Positions 1-8,797 are shown, numbered from the stretch's first letter. The stretch is DNA of 38,152 nt from Leptospiraceae bacterium (GCA_020441025.1 JAGRMX010000001.1:1-38152); one strand, 5' to 3'. Numbers and translations: made by a program. Notes: generated from the sequence alone by a model not told the origin.

Positions 1-139
1 GGCACACTCCATTGTGGGCCACGCTTTCATCCGGACGGAACTCGGCGGCCAGATTCGATTCAAAGCGATACACCGTATTTTCGCCGGAGGTCCATTTTTC
101 TTTGAGCAGTGCCTGGGTTTCAATGATTCCGGTAAACAT
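1..139 (-). CDS. ribE: Riboflavin synthase alpha chain, N-terminal fragment; the gene runs off the left edge
   Basis: The reverse complement of 1-139 reads MFTGIIETQALLKEKWTSGENTVYRFESNLAAEFRPDESVAHNGVC. The MFTGII start and the SVAHNGxC motif are the hallmark N-terminus of riboflavin synthase. It is absent from the ORF track because it is truncated. Confidence 0.8.
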   Translation of the reverse strand, partial: MFTGIIETQALLKEKWTSGENTVYRFESNLAAEFRPDESVAHNGVC

Positions 140-259
140 AATTCGATTCTATTGCTCTGATAATCCTGTTCTGAAAAATAGCAGTCATCTCAATGCGGCA
201 TGGAGGCGGCTTTGAGATGACTGATTGTCTGCGAATTCGGGACGCCGTGCAAAATAAAT

Positions 260-1234
260 TCACAAACGACTGCCGGTCAATCGATCTCCGGCCCGATTTT
301 GATTCCAGTAGTCGGTATAATATAATTCTGAAATGGTAAACTGTCCGCCGTCATTACGCTCCCATTTTAAAAGCAAGCGATTCGGATCGTTCATATCCAC
401 GTAAAAGGTATCGATTTTTTTCGCGCCGCCGTCTTCGAAGGTAATCGTAACTTTGAGTACGTCTTGAAAATTTCTGCGGGCCGCATTCAGCGTCACGCGC
501 TCCGTGTTTACAATTGCCGGTGTATAGGTCGGTTTACGGGCGGGATGGCCGATGTCCCAGTCCGATCGCATGACCTGGGACGACATGAGCATAGGAAATA
601 GATATACGCGACCCGCTTTCTGCAATTGTTCGGTGCGCACCGCCAGCGGCAATTCATCATAGAGTATATACAGGGTATCTTCATGCGGATCTTCGATGTA
701 CATTTCACCCACCGCTTCGTCTTCCCAGTACGAGTTGTATGCCAGACGCAAGCCGTCGCCATACCGACGGGCTTCTTTAAATGTTTGTCCGCACCATTCT
801 TGTGTGGTCATGCTGGCCTTGAAAAAATCACCCGTTGAAGCGTTCCAGAAAACGGAATTCATCTGGCTGTAGGGATATACGCCGGTTTGATATTTTAAGA
901 CCTGATTTTGTTTGAGCGCCGTGATGGCGTTCTCTCCCGACTCGGATTTAACCACCTGGCGGGTATTGAAAGGTTCGGTGACGGTAATCAACGTCAGGGA
1001 GGCGGGGCGTTGCTGACGATAACGGACCACCGTACCGTCATAAACCGCGACTTCCGCTTTGCCGCGCCAATCAGCTCCTTGTAGCCAGCCGAATGTGAGG
1101 CGATCCGAATCATCGGACGCCAGCAGAGTTCCGGCCAACAGGGCCGGCAGTATAATGGCGCCGACGGCGCGCAGTCTGCTTTTAAAGCCGGGCGAAGGCG
1201 ATTGTAAGCTCTGAGGTTTTATGTGAGATTGCAT
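260..1234 (-). CDS. Hypothetical exported protein (N-terminal signal peptide); no family recognised
   Basis: 324-aa ORF. AAAGGAG lies 5 nt upstream of the ATG at 1234. A hydrophobic signal-like segment (AVGAIILPALLAGTLLA) is present. Same orientation as ribE and directly upstream of it. Confidence 0.6.
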   Translation of the reverse strand: MQSHIKPQSLQSPSPGFKSRLRAVGAIILPALLAGTLLASDDSDRLTFGWLQGADWRGKAEVAVYDGTVVRYRQQRPASLTLITVTEPFNTRQVVKSESGENAITALKQNQVLKYQTGVYPYSQMNSVFWNASTGDFFKASMTTQEWCGQTFKEARRYGDGLRLAYNSYWEDEAVGEMYIEDPHEDTLYILYDELPLAVRTEQLQKAGRVYLFPMLMSSQVMRSDWDIGHPARKPTYTPAIVNTERVTLNAARRNFQDVLKVTITFEDGGAKKIDTFYVDMNDPNRLLLKWERNDGGQFTISELYYTDYWNQNRAGDRLTGSRL

Positions 1235-1629
1235 AATGGCTCCTTTGCGGTCTGAATGCTCAATTCGACGGATGCGATTTTGTTACGGAAGTTCTTCACG
1301 TACGTGGACGAATTCATTATCCTTTAAACGGGTTGAAAATTCAACAGCCTGCTATTAGAGACGCATAAACAGCCCGAGCGTCACAGCGATCAGTTTGTGA
1401 ATTTCGGGGTGATTGCGCATCTTCTTTTTTGAGCCGGGAGTATGGCCGGTCCGGAACGCGTCAGAATTGGGCTGTATTCCCGCCTGCGCGGTGGGGCGAA
1501 ATCCGACGTATGGCAGGGATGCCGCCGGCCCGGATTTCGGTAATGACCTACATGGATGTGGGTCATCAAACTGATTATAAAAGAGCTTTGCAGTATATAC
1601 GCCTTTCAAAGTAGCGTAACATAGCGATT

Positions 1630-2502
1630 ATGGCACAGTCAAATCTCGATCCTATTGAGCTCTCCATAAATGTAAACGCCACTCCGGCTCAGGTATACCG
1701 GGCGCTGACATCTCAAAACGAACTGCGCAAGTGGTGGGCTCCCCGGGTGATTATGTCCAAAAATCTGGTGGGACAGGAAGAGGATCGTCTTATTGAGATG
1801 CGCTTAATGCAGGCAGAGAAGTACCATCTGGTACGGTATAGCTGGTGGGGCCAGCAATGGGACTCGCATCAGGATGTAACCGTCATAACTTTTCAAATTC
1901 ATGATCTGGGCGCATCGCGCAGCCAAACCGGAGAGGGGCTTGTGCTGGAGGTTTCGCACGACGGATGGGCCGACCTGGAAGAGCGCAATCGCCAGGAGCA
2001 AATCTGGAAGATGGCCATGAATACTCTGGAGGGTCTGCTGGCCGGGAAAACGTCCAAGCCCTGGTGGGAACAAAAAGCGACAAAAGGCTCGTACCGTCAG
2101 GTAAAAATGCCGGCTCTGAAATCTTTCGTAGAGAATATAGAGATTGGGCGCAATGCTCAGCAGCGGCGTAAACTGAATCAGGGCATCTGGAAGGTTTGCT
2201 CGGGACTGGATGAACTGGGCACCTGGTTCCTGAGGGAAAACGAAGAGGAATTCGAACTACGGCACGGCAGTCATCGTATATTGGGAATGAATCGGGAAGG
2301 CGAATTTTTGTTATTCTGGCCCGAGTTAAAGAAACTGCTGGGAGCCAATATTGATGAATTTCAAAACCGTCTGTCCGTCGAGCAGGATGTTGATGTGAAT
2401 ATAGACGCCGCCCATCAGAAATTCCGGGCCGACACAATCAGTATCGAGCTCTGGATTCGTTGGTGTCAGGATGTTTTTTCCCAACTGCACAGCCTGGTAT
2501 GA
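1630..2502 (+). CDS. SRPBCC / AHSA1-like (activator of Hsp90 ATPase homolog) domain protein with an uncharacterised C-terminal half
   Basis: The N-terminus (IELSINVNATPAQVYRALTSQNELRKWWAP...) matches the typical start of SRPBCC/AHSA1-family domains. 290-aa ORF. Confidence 0.6.
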   Translation: MAQSNLDPIELSINVNATPAQVYRALTSQNELRKWWAPRVIMSKNLVGQEEDRLIEMRLMQAEKYHLVRYSWWGQQWDSHQDVTVITFQIHDLGASRSQTGEGLVLEVSHDGWADLEERNRQEQIWKMAMNTLEGLLAGKTSKPWWEQKATKGSYRQVKMPALKSFVENIEIGRNAQQRRKLNQGIWKVCSGLDELGTWFLRENEEEFELRHGSHRILGMNREGEFLLFWPELKKLLGANIDEFQNRLSVEQDVDVNIDAAHQKFRADTISIELWIRWCQDVFSQLHSLV

Positions 2503-3104
2503 TCCAATTTCAATGGGAACTCATCAGCGATAATCGTTTTCAGATTCGCATTCGCACTCCCCAGACTCTGGTCGGTACTTTACATCGACTGTGCGTGGCC
2601 ATGTACGTTATGGGATTGAACGTCATCTCCGGCAATGTGCTTACGGAAGTAGAAGACGGCGTCGCTTTTACGCACGATAATTTCGTGTTAAAAACGCCCG
2701 ATCGACCGGAAACTCATTTCAGTATCAATGAATCTACGGCGCGTCTGGGAGCACTTATGGAAAGCGTGTTGCATCCTTCCAGCGATCCGGATGCTTTGCT
2801 CGGCGAACACAACGTCACACCACCCGATCCGGAGGTGATTTTTGCCCTGCCGCATAAAATCGATTTTTCCAATGCGACCGGCAGCGGATTGACCCGTATG
2901 TACATTGAAACTCCCGATAGACGCGGTTTGCTTCTGCACATTACGCGCATCCTGGCGCGCATGGACATAAACATCTGGAACGCTGTGATTCTGACCACGG
3001 ATACGGGCATAGCGGAAGATACTTTGTACTTACAATACGAAGGGCAAATGCTTTCGGTAGCCATGCAACATCAGTTGCGGGAAAGACTGGAACACGGTTT
3101 TTAA
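2499..3104 (+). CDS. ACT-domain protein (two GlnD-like ACT repeats)
   Basis: The C-terminal segment LTRMYIETPDRRGLLLHITRILARMDINIWNAVILTTDTGIAEDTLYLQ is a classic ACT fold signature, and a second copy lies near the N-terminus. The ATG at 2499 overlaps the upstream stop codon (ATGA). The track ORF begins earlier, at 2460. Confidence 0.6.
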   Translation: MIQFQWELISDNRFQIRIRTPQTLVGTLHRLCVAMYVMGLNVISGNVLTEVEDGVAFTHDNFVLKTPDRPETHFSINESTARLGALMESVLHPSSDPDALLGEHNVTPPDPEVIFALPHKIDFSNATGSGLTRMYIETPDRRGLLLHITRILARMDINIWNAVILTTDTGIAEDTLYLQYEGQMLSVAMQHQLRERLEHGF

Positions 3105-3253
3105 CGGCCGATAAAATTCGCCGAATCCCTGAAAATCATTTTGAGATTGCTCCCCGATTTCTTCTATTCTAATAACATTGATTAATATGATTACCGGTCT
3201 GCATGCTGCCGGTTTGGAATTGACCGGGTACGGCCCCACCGGAGCATGGCAAT

Positions 3254-3451
3254 ATGGCCTACAGCATTTATAGAGTCAGTCCGGATGGAACGCGGATTCT
3301 GATGAGTACCGCAGGTACCATCAGTGATCGCCAACGAGCGCTCGAAAAAGCCCGACAGTACACCGATCGTTTGCGTCAGGGCGATCCGGAAACCGAGGAT
3401 CGTTTTATTGCCAGTGATGACCGGGGCCGAGAGCTTAAACCGGCTTCCTGA
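3254..3451 (+). CDS. Small hypothetical protein (65 aa)
   Basis: Open frame with GGAG about 11 nt upstream of the ATG. Charged, helix-prone sequence; no family recognised. Confidence 0.35.
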   Translation: MAYSIYRVSPDGTRILMSTAGTISDRQRALEKARQYTDRLRQGDPETEDRFIASDDRGRELKPAS

Positions 3452-3468
3452 TGATTGCTCCCGTTGTG

Positions 3469-3693
3469 TTAAGTGCTCTTTATGAGAGCATGGACATGCT
3501 CGGTGTAAGAATGGCCGCGCGCGGAAAAATCGTAATCGGATTGCCAATTTTCCCGATGTTTAAAAAATAGACCATCGCATGTTAAACATGATTCTACATA
3601 TGTCAGCGAAGCGTCGTACCACAAACTGGTATGTCCCGGCATTCGTATGCCCGCGGACTCCTCGCTGGACCGGTAGAATGAAGCCATAATCAT
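3469..3693 (-). CDS. Small hypothetical protein (74 aa)
   Basis: The open frame has a plausible residue composition but no clear Shine-Dalgarno sequence. It lies antisense to the stretch that ends at a plus-strand terminator. Confidence 0.3.
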   Translation of the reverse strand: MIMASFYRSSEESAGIRMPGHTSLWYDASLTYVESCLTCDGLFFKHRENWQSDYDFSARGHSYTEHVHALIKST

Positions 3694-3722
3694 AATCTAC
3701 ATAAACTGAATCCACGAGAGAG

Positions 3723-3750
3723 GCCGCGGCAAATCACCGCGGCTTTTTTT
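3723..3750 (+). terminator. Rho-independent terminator
   Basis: Perfect 7-bp GC stem: GCCGCGG (3723-3729) pairs with CCGCGGC (3737-3743) across a 7-nt loop. TTTTTTT follows at 3744-3750. Confidence 0.7.
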
Positions 3751-3775
3751 GTGACTTTTTCAAAGGAGGCAAATC

Positions 3776-4945
3776 ATGAATGCCCGCACAGCCGGCGGGT
3801 TACCACTCGCCGGCTACATTTACATGACCCTGGCAGCTCTGGGCTTTTCTTTTAAGTCCATCTGGATTAAAATGGCGTATCGCTATGGAGTGGAACCCAT
3901 CACTCTATTGTTAATGCGTATGCAATTGTCGGCCGGTTTTTTCGTACTGGCCCTGCTCTGGCTTCGACAGCGTGAAAAACGTCAGATCCGGCTCACGCCC
4001 GGAGCGCACGGCTCTTCCGGCGCGCATTCTGTTAATGCCGGAACCCTCGCCGTGGAATTGGTCGAACCGTTCAGCTTCTTTGAGAAGAAAGTGTGGCTGC
4101 GTCCAGAGCTACGCGCCGTTACAATTCGGCGGGCAATTACGTTGGTGTTAATGGGCGTGTTGGGCATCGGCGGCGCCACGTATTTTTCGCTCGAATCGAT
4201 TCATCGTCTGGAAGCGTCCCTGGCAACGTTGATTGTGTTCATCTATCCGGCCATTACGGTGGGCATACTGGCCATTTCACAACGTCGGATTGATATGGGC
4301 CAGTTGCTTGCGCTGGGTATCGCTTTCACGGGCTTAATTCTGATTCTGAGGGTCGATCGTCTGGACGTTTTTACCGGTGTGATCAATCCCGTGGGTGTTA
4401 TGTTCGGCCTCGCCTCGGCTACATGCTTTGCGATGTACAACGTAATCGGTGAGCGCGTATTACGAACGTTGCATCCCATTCGAACGGCGGGGTATACGGT
4501 TTTGAGCTTTACGATTTTGATCAGCCTGGTGTTCGGTTTTCGCGAGTATCCGGAACAAACGGAAGTGTGGTTGCTGGCTCTGGCGCTGGCCAGTATCAGC
4601 GGTTTCTTTCCGTTTATTCTGTTTATGTACGGTATACGCCGCATCGGTGCCGGGCCGGGAACCATTATCAATATGAGCGGACCGGCGTTTAATTCCGTCT
4701 GGGCATATTTACTATTACAGGAGACACGCGATTGGGTTCAGCTGACGGGAATCGTATTGATTCTATTCGGCATTATGAGTCTGAAGTTAAAGCTGCCACA
4801 ACTGGCTTTGCGTATGTATGGTTGGCGACATGCATTTTTTGGCGGACTGCGACGATGGTCGGAGCCGGAAGTAGGAATGTCGCGTCCGTACAGCGGTATG
4901 TTTCGCTCGCTCAGTTCGGGCGCGCGTGTGAAGCATCGATTGTGA
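3776..4945 (+). CDS. EamA/DMT-family (drug/metabolite transporter) permease
   Basis: AAAGGAGG lies 6 nt upstream of the ATG. About 10 predicted TM helices. The N-terminal pattern (ALGFSFKSIWIKMAY...PITLLLMRMQLSAGF) is typical of EamA domains. Confidence 0.8.
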   Translation: MNARTAGGLPLAGYIYMTLAALGFSFKSIWIKMAYRYGVEPITLLLMRMQLSAGFFVLALLWLRQREKRQIRLTPGAHGSSGAHSVNAGTLAVELVEPFSFFEKKVWLRPELRAVTIRRAITLVLMGVLGIGGATYFSLESIHRLEASLATLIVFIYPAITVGILAISQRRIDMGQLLALGIAFTGLILILRVDRLDVFTGVINPVGVMFGLASATCFAMYNVIGERVLRTLHPIRTAGYTVLSFTILISLVFGFREYPEQTEVWLLALALASISGFFPFILFMYGIRRIGAGPGTIINMSGPAFNSVWAYLLLQETRDWVQLTGIVLILFGIMSLKLKLPQLALRMYGWRHAFFGGLRRWSEPEVGMSRPYSGMFRSLSSGARVKHRL

Positions 4946-4968
4946 TCGGCGCGCAATCAGCAGGGCAG

Positions 4969-5005
4969 AGGAGCATTGTAAATATAATGTTCCTTTGCTT
5001 TTTTT
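4969..5005 (+). terminator. Rho-independent terminator of the EamA gene
   Basis: An 11-bp stem, aggagcattgt (4969-4979) pairing with ataatgttcct (4984-4994), includes two G-U pairs and closes a 4-nt loop. It is followed by ttgcttttttt. Confidence 0.65.
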
Positions 5006-5164
5006 GAATAATGGGCGGTAGCCTCGTTGGCATCGATTATTCAACACGTCGACGTATTCGCGAACAGCAAGCAGTAAATGGCTAATCGAAGCAAAACCTG
5101 GCTATCGGATGTTCGCTTGATTTTATGCGGATTCCATTGGACGCACGTTTGATACTATTTATAT

Positions 5165-6376
5165 TCAAGCCGGAACACGTTTGGTTTCATAGCGCGCAAT
5201 AATCTGTTTTTGAATTTCCGATGTGCCGCCGCCGATTTCCGCCAGTTTGATATCCCGATAAAGACGGCACACCCGGTATTCCTCCATGTAACCCGCACCG
5301 CCATGAATTTGCACCGCCAGGTTGGTTACTTCACGCGCATATGTGGAAGCCATTAATTTGATTTCCGCGGCCCGGGCGGTCAAATCGATAGGATGTCCGT
5401 TGTGCATGTATCGACCGGAGCGTCCGCCCTGTACGCGATGTTCGGCAATGCGGTCGAACAACCAGGCGGTTTCCATCAGCAGCCAGTAAGCCGCTTCATA
5501 TTTCGTGAGAATGTCCGCGAGCATGAAAGCCACGCTCTGGTGTTTGATGATCGGTCGCCCAAAGCTTTTGCGTTCTTTAGCGTAGCGCCGCGAATCTTTG
5601 AAGCAGGCTTCCATTACGCCCACGCTGTAGGCCGCCAGCGCCAATCGTTCCCGGTTGAACGCTTCCATGGTTATGCGAAAACCCTGACCCGGATTCCCCA
5701 GCAGACTTTCGGCTGGAACGGCCACGTCTTCAAAAAATAGCTCTCCGGTCGGCGAAGCCCGCAAGCCCATCTTTTTCATGGGTCGCCCACGGGATACGCC
5801 CGGACTGTTCGCATCTACAATGAAATGAGTTAAGCCGGGTTCGCGGCCGTTCTTCAGTCGCAACCGGGCTAACACCAGAGCGTAATCGCAAATGGGTGCG
5901 TTAGTAATATAAGTTTTCTGGCCGTTCAGCACAAAGCCATCGTCGGTTTCGGTGGCCGTGCAGGTCAGGCGCGAAACATCGGTGCCGGCGGCCGGTTCGG
6001 TGACCGCCAGAGCGCCGATCTTTTTGCCGGTAATTATATCGGGCAGGAACCTTCGCTTCTGATCCGGGCTGCCATAATCCGCGATGGGGCTGCCGAACAA
6101 TCCGGCGGAAGCGCCGGTCGTAAAAAACGTGGAGCCGCAACTGGCTGCCAGAACAATCTGCGCGAGGGTGGCCTGGAAATAACTGGCGCCCTGTCCGCCG
6201 TATTCGGCGTCGTGCAACAGACCCAGGTAACCGTTGGCTCCCAGAGTTGTGAAATGCGATGGCGGTATTTCTCCGTTCTCATCGGCTTCGGCTGCGGCGG
6301 GTTCGATTTCACGCTCACACAGTTTTTTGAATTGGTCTACAAATTCACGATCTTCCGCGCTTAATTCAAAATCCAT
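5165..6376 (-). CDS. Acyl-CoA dehydrogenase
   Basis: 403 aa with the full ACAD architecture. It ends with the typical EIGGGTSEIQKQIIAR motif. GGGAGAG lies upstream of the ATG. Confidence 0.9.
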   Translation of the reverse strand: MDFELSAEDREFVDQFKKLCEREIEPAAAEADENGEIPPSHFTTLGANGYLGLLHDAEYGGQGASYFQATLAQIVLAASCGSTFFTTGASAGLFGSPIADYGSPDQKRRFLPDIITGKKIGALAVTEPAAGTDVSRLTCTATETDDGFVLNGQKTYITNAPICDYALVLARLRLKNGREPGLTHFIVDANSPGVSRGRPMKKMGLRASPTGELFFEDVAVPAESLLGNPGQGFRITMEAFNRERLALAAYSVGVMEACFKDSRRYAKERKSFGRPIIKHQSVAFMLADILTKYEAAYWLLMETAWLFDRIAEHRVQGGRSGRYMHNGHPIDLTARAAEIKLMASTYAREVTNLAVQIHGGAGYMEEYRVCRLYRDIKLAEIGGGTSEIQKQIIARYETKRVPA

Positions 6377-6481
6377 GTCTTATGCTCTCCCGTATTTCAT
6401 ATAACTCAGTCGTAAGCCGAACCGTGGTATCGCCTGTTCAAATCACCTGCTCGAATCGAATTGAGGACGATCGATCCGTAC

Positions 6482-7627
6482 TTAAATATTGGCGGCGATA
6501 ATGCTGCGCATCACCTCGGATGTTCCGCCCCCCAGCGTTCCCAGGCGCGCATCGCGATACGATCGTTCGATGGGATACTCGTGAATGAAACAATAGCCGC
6601 CGTGAATCTGGCCCATATCATAAGTGACGTCGATCATGGCTTCGGTGGCATAAACCTTGGCGATAGATGATTCTATGGGTGCCGATTCTCCACGATCTTT
6701 CTTTACGGCGCTTTTATACAGTAGCAGACGGGCCGCATCCAGACGCATGCGCGCCCGTGCGATTTTATCCTGAATGGCCTGGAAACGTACGATCGGTTCG
6801 CCGAATTGCACGCGATTTTTCGCGTACTTCACGGATTGATCGAGTAAATATTGAATGGAACCGATGGCGCTGGCCACCAATACGGTACGTTCCCATTCCA
6901 GAGTAGCGCGCCCGACGCGTACGAAACCGGAATTTTCTTTCGTCAGCAGATTCTCTGCGGGTACTTCCATATCTTCGAAGATCAACTCGCTGGTAGTGCT
7001 GGTGCGCATGCCCATTTTGTTGAGCTTTTTGCCGACGCTGAATCCTTTGAAATCTTTCTCAACAATGAATACCGAAACACCCATGGCGCCTTTTTTCTTA
7101 TCTGTAACGGCCATGACCACGAACACATCACCGATCGGTCCGTTGGTGATGAACATTTTAGACCCGTTCAGCACGTACCGATCGCCTTTTTTTTCCGCTC
7201 GGGTTTCCATGCTGCCGGCTGCGTCACTGCCCGAGCCCGGTTCGGTTAAGCCCAGGCCGGCGGTCCATTCACCGGTGGCCAGTCTGGGAATGTACTTCTG
7301 TTTTTGTTCGGGCGTACCACATAGCACAATCGGCATGGAGCCGATGATGGTATGCGCGCCCCAGGCCAGGGTCACTCCGCCGTCGGTGGCGCCTTCGGCG
7401 AAAGCTTCGGTGGCCACGGTGGTAGTCAGACAATCGGCACCCTGGCCGCCGTACTCCTCCGGAAAGGGCAGACCCAGCAAACCCATTTCACCCATCTTTT
7501 TCCAGATGTCGGCATCCCAGCTGCCCTGCGCGTCGCGTTCTTCGGCGGTGGGCTGCACATAAGTCTGCGCGAACTTTTTGACCATGTCACGAAATTCAAT
7601 GAGATCGGGTGGCAGAGCAAAATTCAT
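6482..7627 (-). CDS. Acyl-CoA dehydrogenase (short/medium-chain type)
   Basis: 381 aa. Motifs include GLLGLPFPEEYGGQG, LTEPGSGSDA and GGGTSEVMRSIIA. The start lies 1 nt after the tetR stop, and the GGAGG RBS sits inside the last tetR codons. Confidence 0.9.
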   Translation of the reverse strand: MNFALPPDLIEFRDMVKKFAQTYVQPTAEERDAQGSWDADIWKKMGEMGLLGLPFPEEYGGQGADCLTTTVATEAFAEGATDGGVTLAWGAHTIIGSMPIVLCGTPEQKQKYIPRLATGEWTAGLGLTEPGSGSDAAGSMETRAEKKGDRYVLNGSKMFITNGPIGDVFVVMAVTDKKKGAMGVSVFIVEKDFKGFSVGKKLNKMGMRTSTTSELIFEDMEVPAENLLTKENSGFVRVGRATLEWERTVLVASAIGSIQYLLDQSVKYAKNRVQFGEPIVRFQAIQDKIARARMRLDAARLLLYKSAVKKDRGESAPIESSIAKVYATEAMIDVTYDMGQIHGGYCFIHEYPIERSYRDARLGTLGGGTSEVMRSIIAANI

Positions 7628-7628
7628 G

Positions 7629-8303
7629 TTAACCTCCGAAACTGCCGCCGTGAATAAAGGCGCGCATATTCCGTTTCACTTCTTTTAACTGACGCGAGTC
7701 CGGTGTGGTGGTTTGATCATAAACACCGGTTACCAGCGCGGTGAGCAACATTTCAATCGCGCCAAAAAACGCGAAACTCAGCAGGCGCGTGTCCGCGTCT
7801 TTAGAAAGCTCTCCGCTGACGATGGCCGCTTGAAAAATATTTTCAATCTGTCCGATTATCCGCCGCACAATCTCCAATTGCGGTAAATCGGGAATATGAT
7901 GTGAGTGTACAATCTCGTGCACCAGAATCTTAATGATGTCCGGTCGAGCGATAAAGGTATCCAGCATGTAGTCCGAAATCTCCGCCAGTTTGTGGGTGGC
8001 CGGTATTTCCTGCGCGCTGATGCGGGCAATACGCTCGCCGAAACGCTCCCATAGATTTTCAAACAGGGAGGAAAGGATGTTCTCCTTGCTGCCGAAATAA
8101 TGATAAACCAGCCCATAAGCCACTCCGGCCTTCTCGGCAATGTCGGAGATGCGGGTATTGTGATAGCCGCGCTCCGCGATTACCTCAATGGCCGCCTGTA
8201 ATATGTCCGATTGGCGTTCCTGACGCTGCCGTCGCCGTAAAGACCCCGGAGGATTGTCCTGCTCCGGTTTTGGGCGCTTCCTGTCTGGCATGGGGCGGGC
8301 CAC
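7629..8303 (-). CDS. TetR/AcrR-family transcriptional regulator (FadR/YsiA-like by context)
   Basis: N-terminal HTH (ILQAAIEVIAERGYHNTRISDIAEKAGVAYGLVYHYFGSKENIL). It is the first gene of the tetR-acd-acd operon. The start is either the GTG at 8303 or the ATG at 8291. Confidence 0.85.
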   Translation of the reverse strand: MARPMPDRKRPKPEQDNPPGSLRRRQRQERQSDILQAAIEVIAERGYHNTRISDIAEKAGVAYGLVYHYFGSKENILSSLFENLWERFGERIARISAQEIPATHKLAEISDYMLDTFIARPDIIKILVHEIVHSHHIPDLPQLEIVRRIIGQIENIFQAAIVSGELSKDADTRLLSFAFFGAIEMLLTALVTGVYDQTTTPDSRQLKEVKRNMRAFIHGGSFGG

Positions 8304-8316
8304 AGCTTCGATTCCC

Positions 8317-8346
8317 GAAAGTTGATTGATTTGTCAATCAACTTTC
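8317..8346. promoter_or_regulatory. Putative TetR operator: perfect 13-bp inverted repeat with a 4-bp spacer
   Basis: GAAAGTTGATTGA (8317-8329), tttg, TCAATCAACTTTC (8334-8346). It lies 14 bp upstream of the tetR start. On the minus strand it contains TTGACA. Confidence 0.55.
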
Positions 8347-8387
8347 GCCCGTTTTGCGATCTCTGCGGAAAGGTTTTCAGCGGGCCC

Positions 8388-8453
8388 GGCTTGCGCGCTT
8401 TTCTTAAAAGGTTTTTCGCCGCTGTGGACTTTCGCCGATCACACGGTACATCC
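8388..8453. repeat. Partial repeat copy A1, matching the 5' part of repeat unit 2
   Basis: 64 of 66 nt are identical to 8809-8874. Identity ends exactly where the P2 loop apex lies in the full copy. Confidence 0.85.
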
Positions 8454-8486
8454 TGTTGCTCGCCTGGTTTGTACGCCTTATATATG

Positions 8487-8590
8487 GATTTCCGGAACGC
8501 AGAGTTTCCGCCGTCGACACGGTGCGTCCTGCACCGGGTCGACGTAAGCCCCGTCCGTGGAGCTTGACGTAAACTCTGTGTCCGGAAATC
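8487..8590. ncRNA. Candidate structured element H1 (three-way junction); transcribed strand unknown
   Basis: P1: 8487-8507 with 8571-8590. P2 outer: 8512-8518 with 8538-8544. P2 inner: 8520-8525 with 8531-8536, loop gtcct. P3: 8547-8552 with 8559-8564, loop gtccgt. Confidence 0.45.
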
Positions 8591-8774
8591 GACCGTACAC
8601 GCGCAAACAGACTCGCGGGGAAATGAGTGTGGGTGGTATGGGTGCTGATGTGCGGGGATAGTAATGTTTTTTTATATTCAGCGTGCGATTTGTCGGTTTG
8701 ATCCGATTCTCCGGCGCGGATTTTGCTATATTTGTACTATAATATGGGGCTGCCCAACCCCTCCCCCTACTTAC

Positions 8775-8783
8775 ATTATAGCA
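8775..8783 (-). promoter_or_regulatory. Possible extended -10 promoter element (TGCTATAAT) on the minus strand, in module B1
   Basis: The plus strand reads attatagca, so the minus strand reads TGCTATAAT, a perfect TGnTATAAT. An identical copy lies at 9104-9112 in B2. There is no convincing -35. Confidence 0.3.
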
Positions 8784-8797
8784 CGACCCTGTGACAC

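Larger units (their letters stand above)
8455..8797. repeat. Tandem repeat unit 1 (junction 13-mer, three-way-junction fold H1, tail, 88-bp module B1)
   Basis: It starts with gttgctcgcctgg and ends with module B1 (8711-8798). The tail and hairpin parts are homologous to unit 2 at roughly 70% by eye. Confidence 0.8.

Noticed and set aside
140-259. FMN riboswitch upstream of ribE (also looked for in the 1235-1629 region)
   Set aside because: ribE follows another gene by 120 nt, and I could not find the conserved RFN core motifs on the minus strand in either intergenic region. The 1235-1629 region does contain a nested hairpin (cgaaatccg 1497-1505 with cggatttcg 1533-1541), but I could match it to no riboswitch consensus. 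An Rfam scan would settle this.
1355-1609. 84-aa minus-strand ORF and 61-aa plus-strand ORF in the divergent intergenic region
   Set aside because: Both are Pro/Gly/Arg-rich and low-complexity, have no RBS, and overlap each other. They are typical GC-driven spurious frames.
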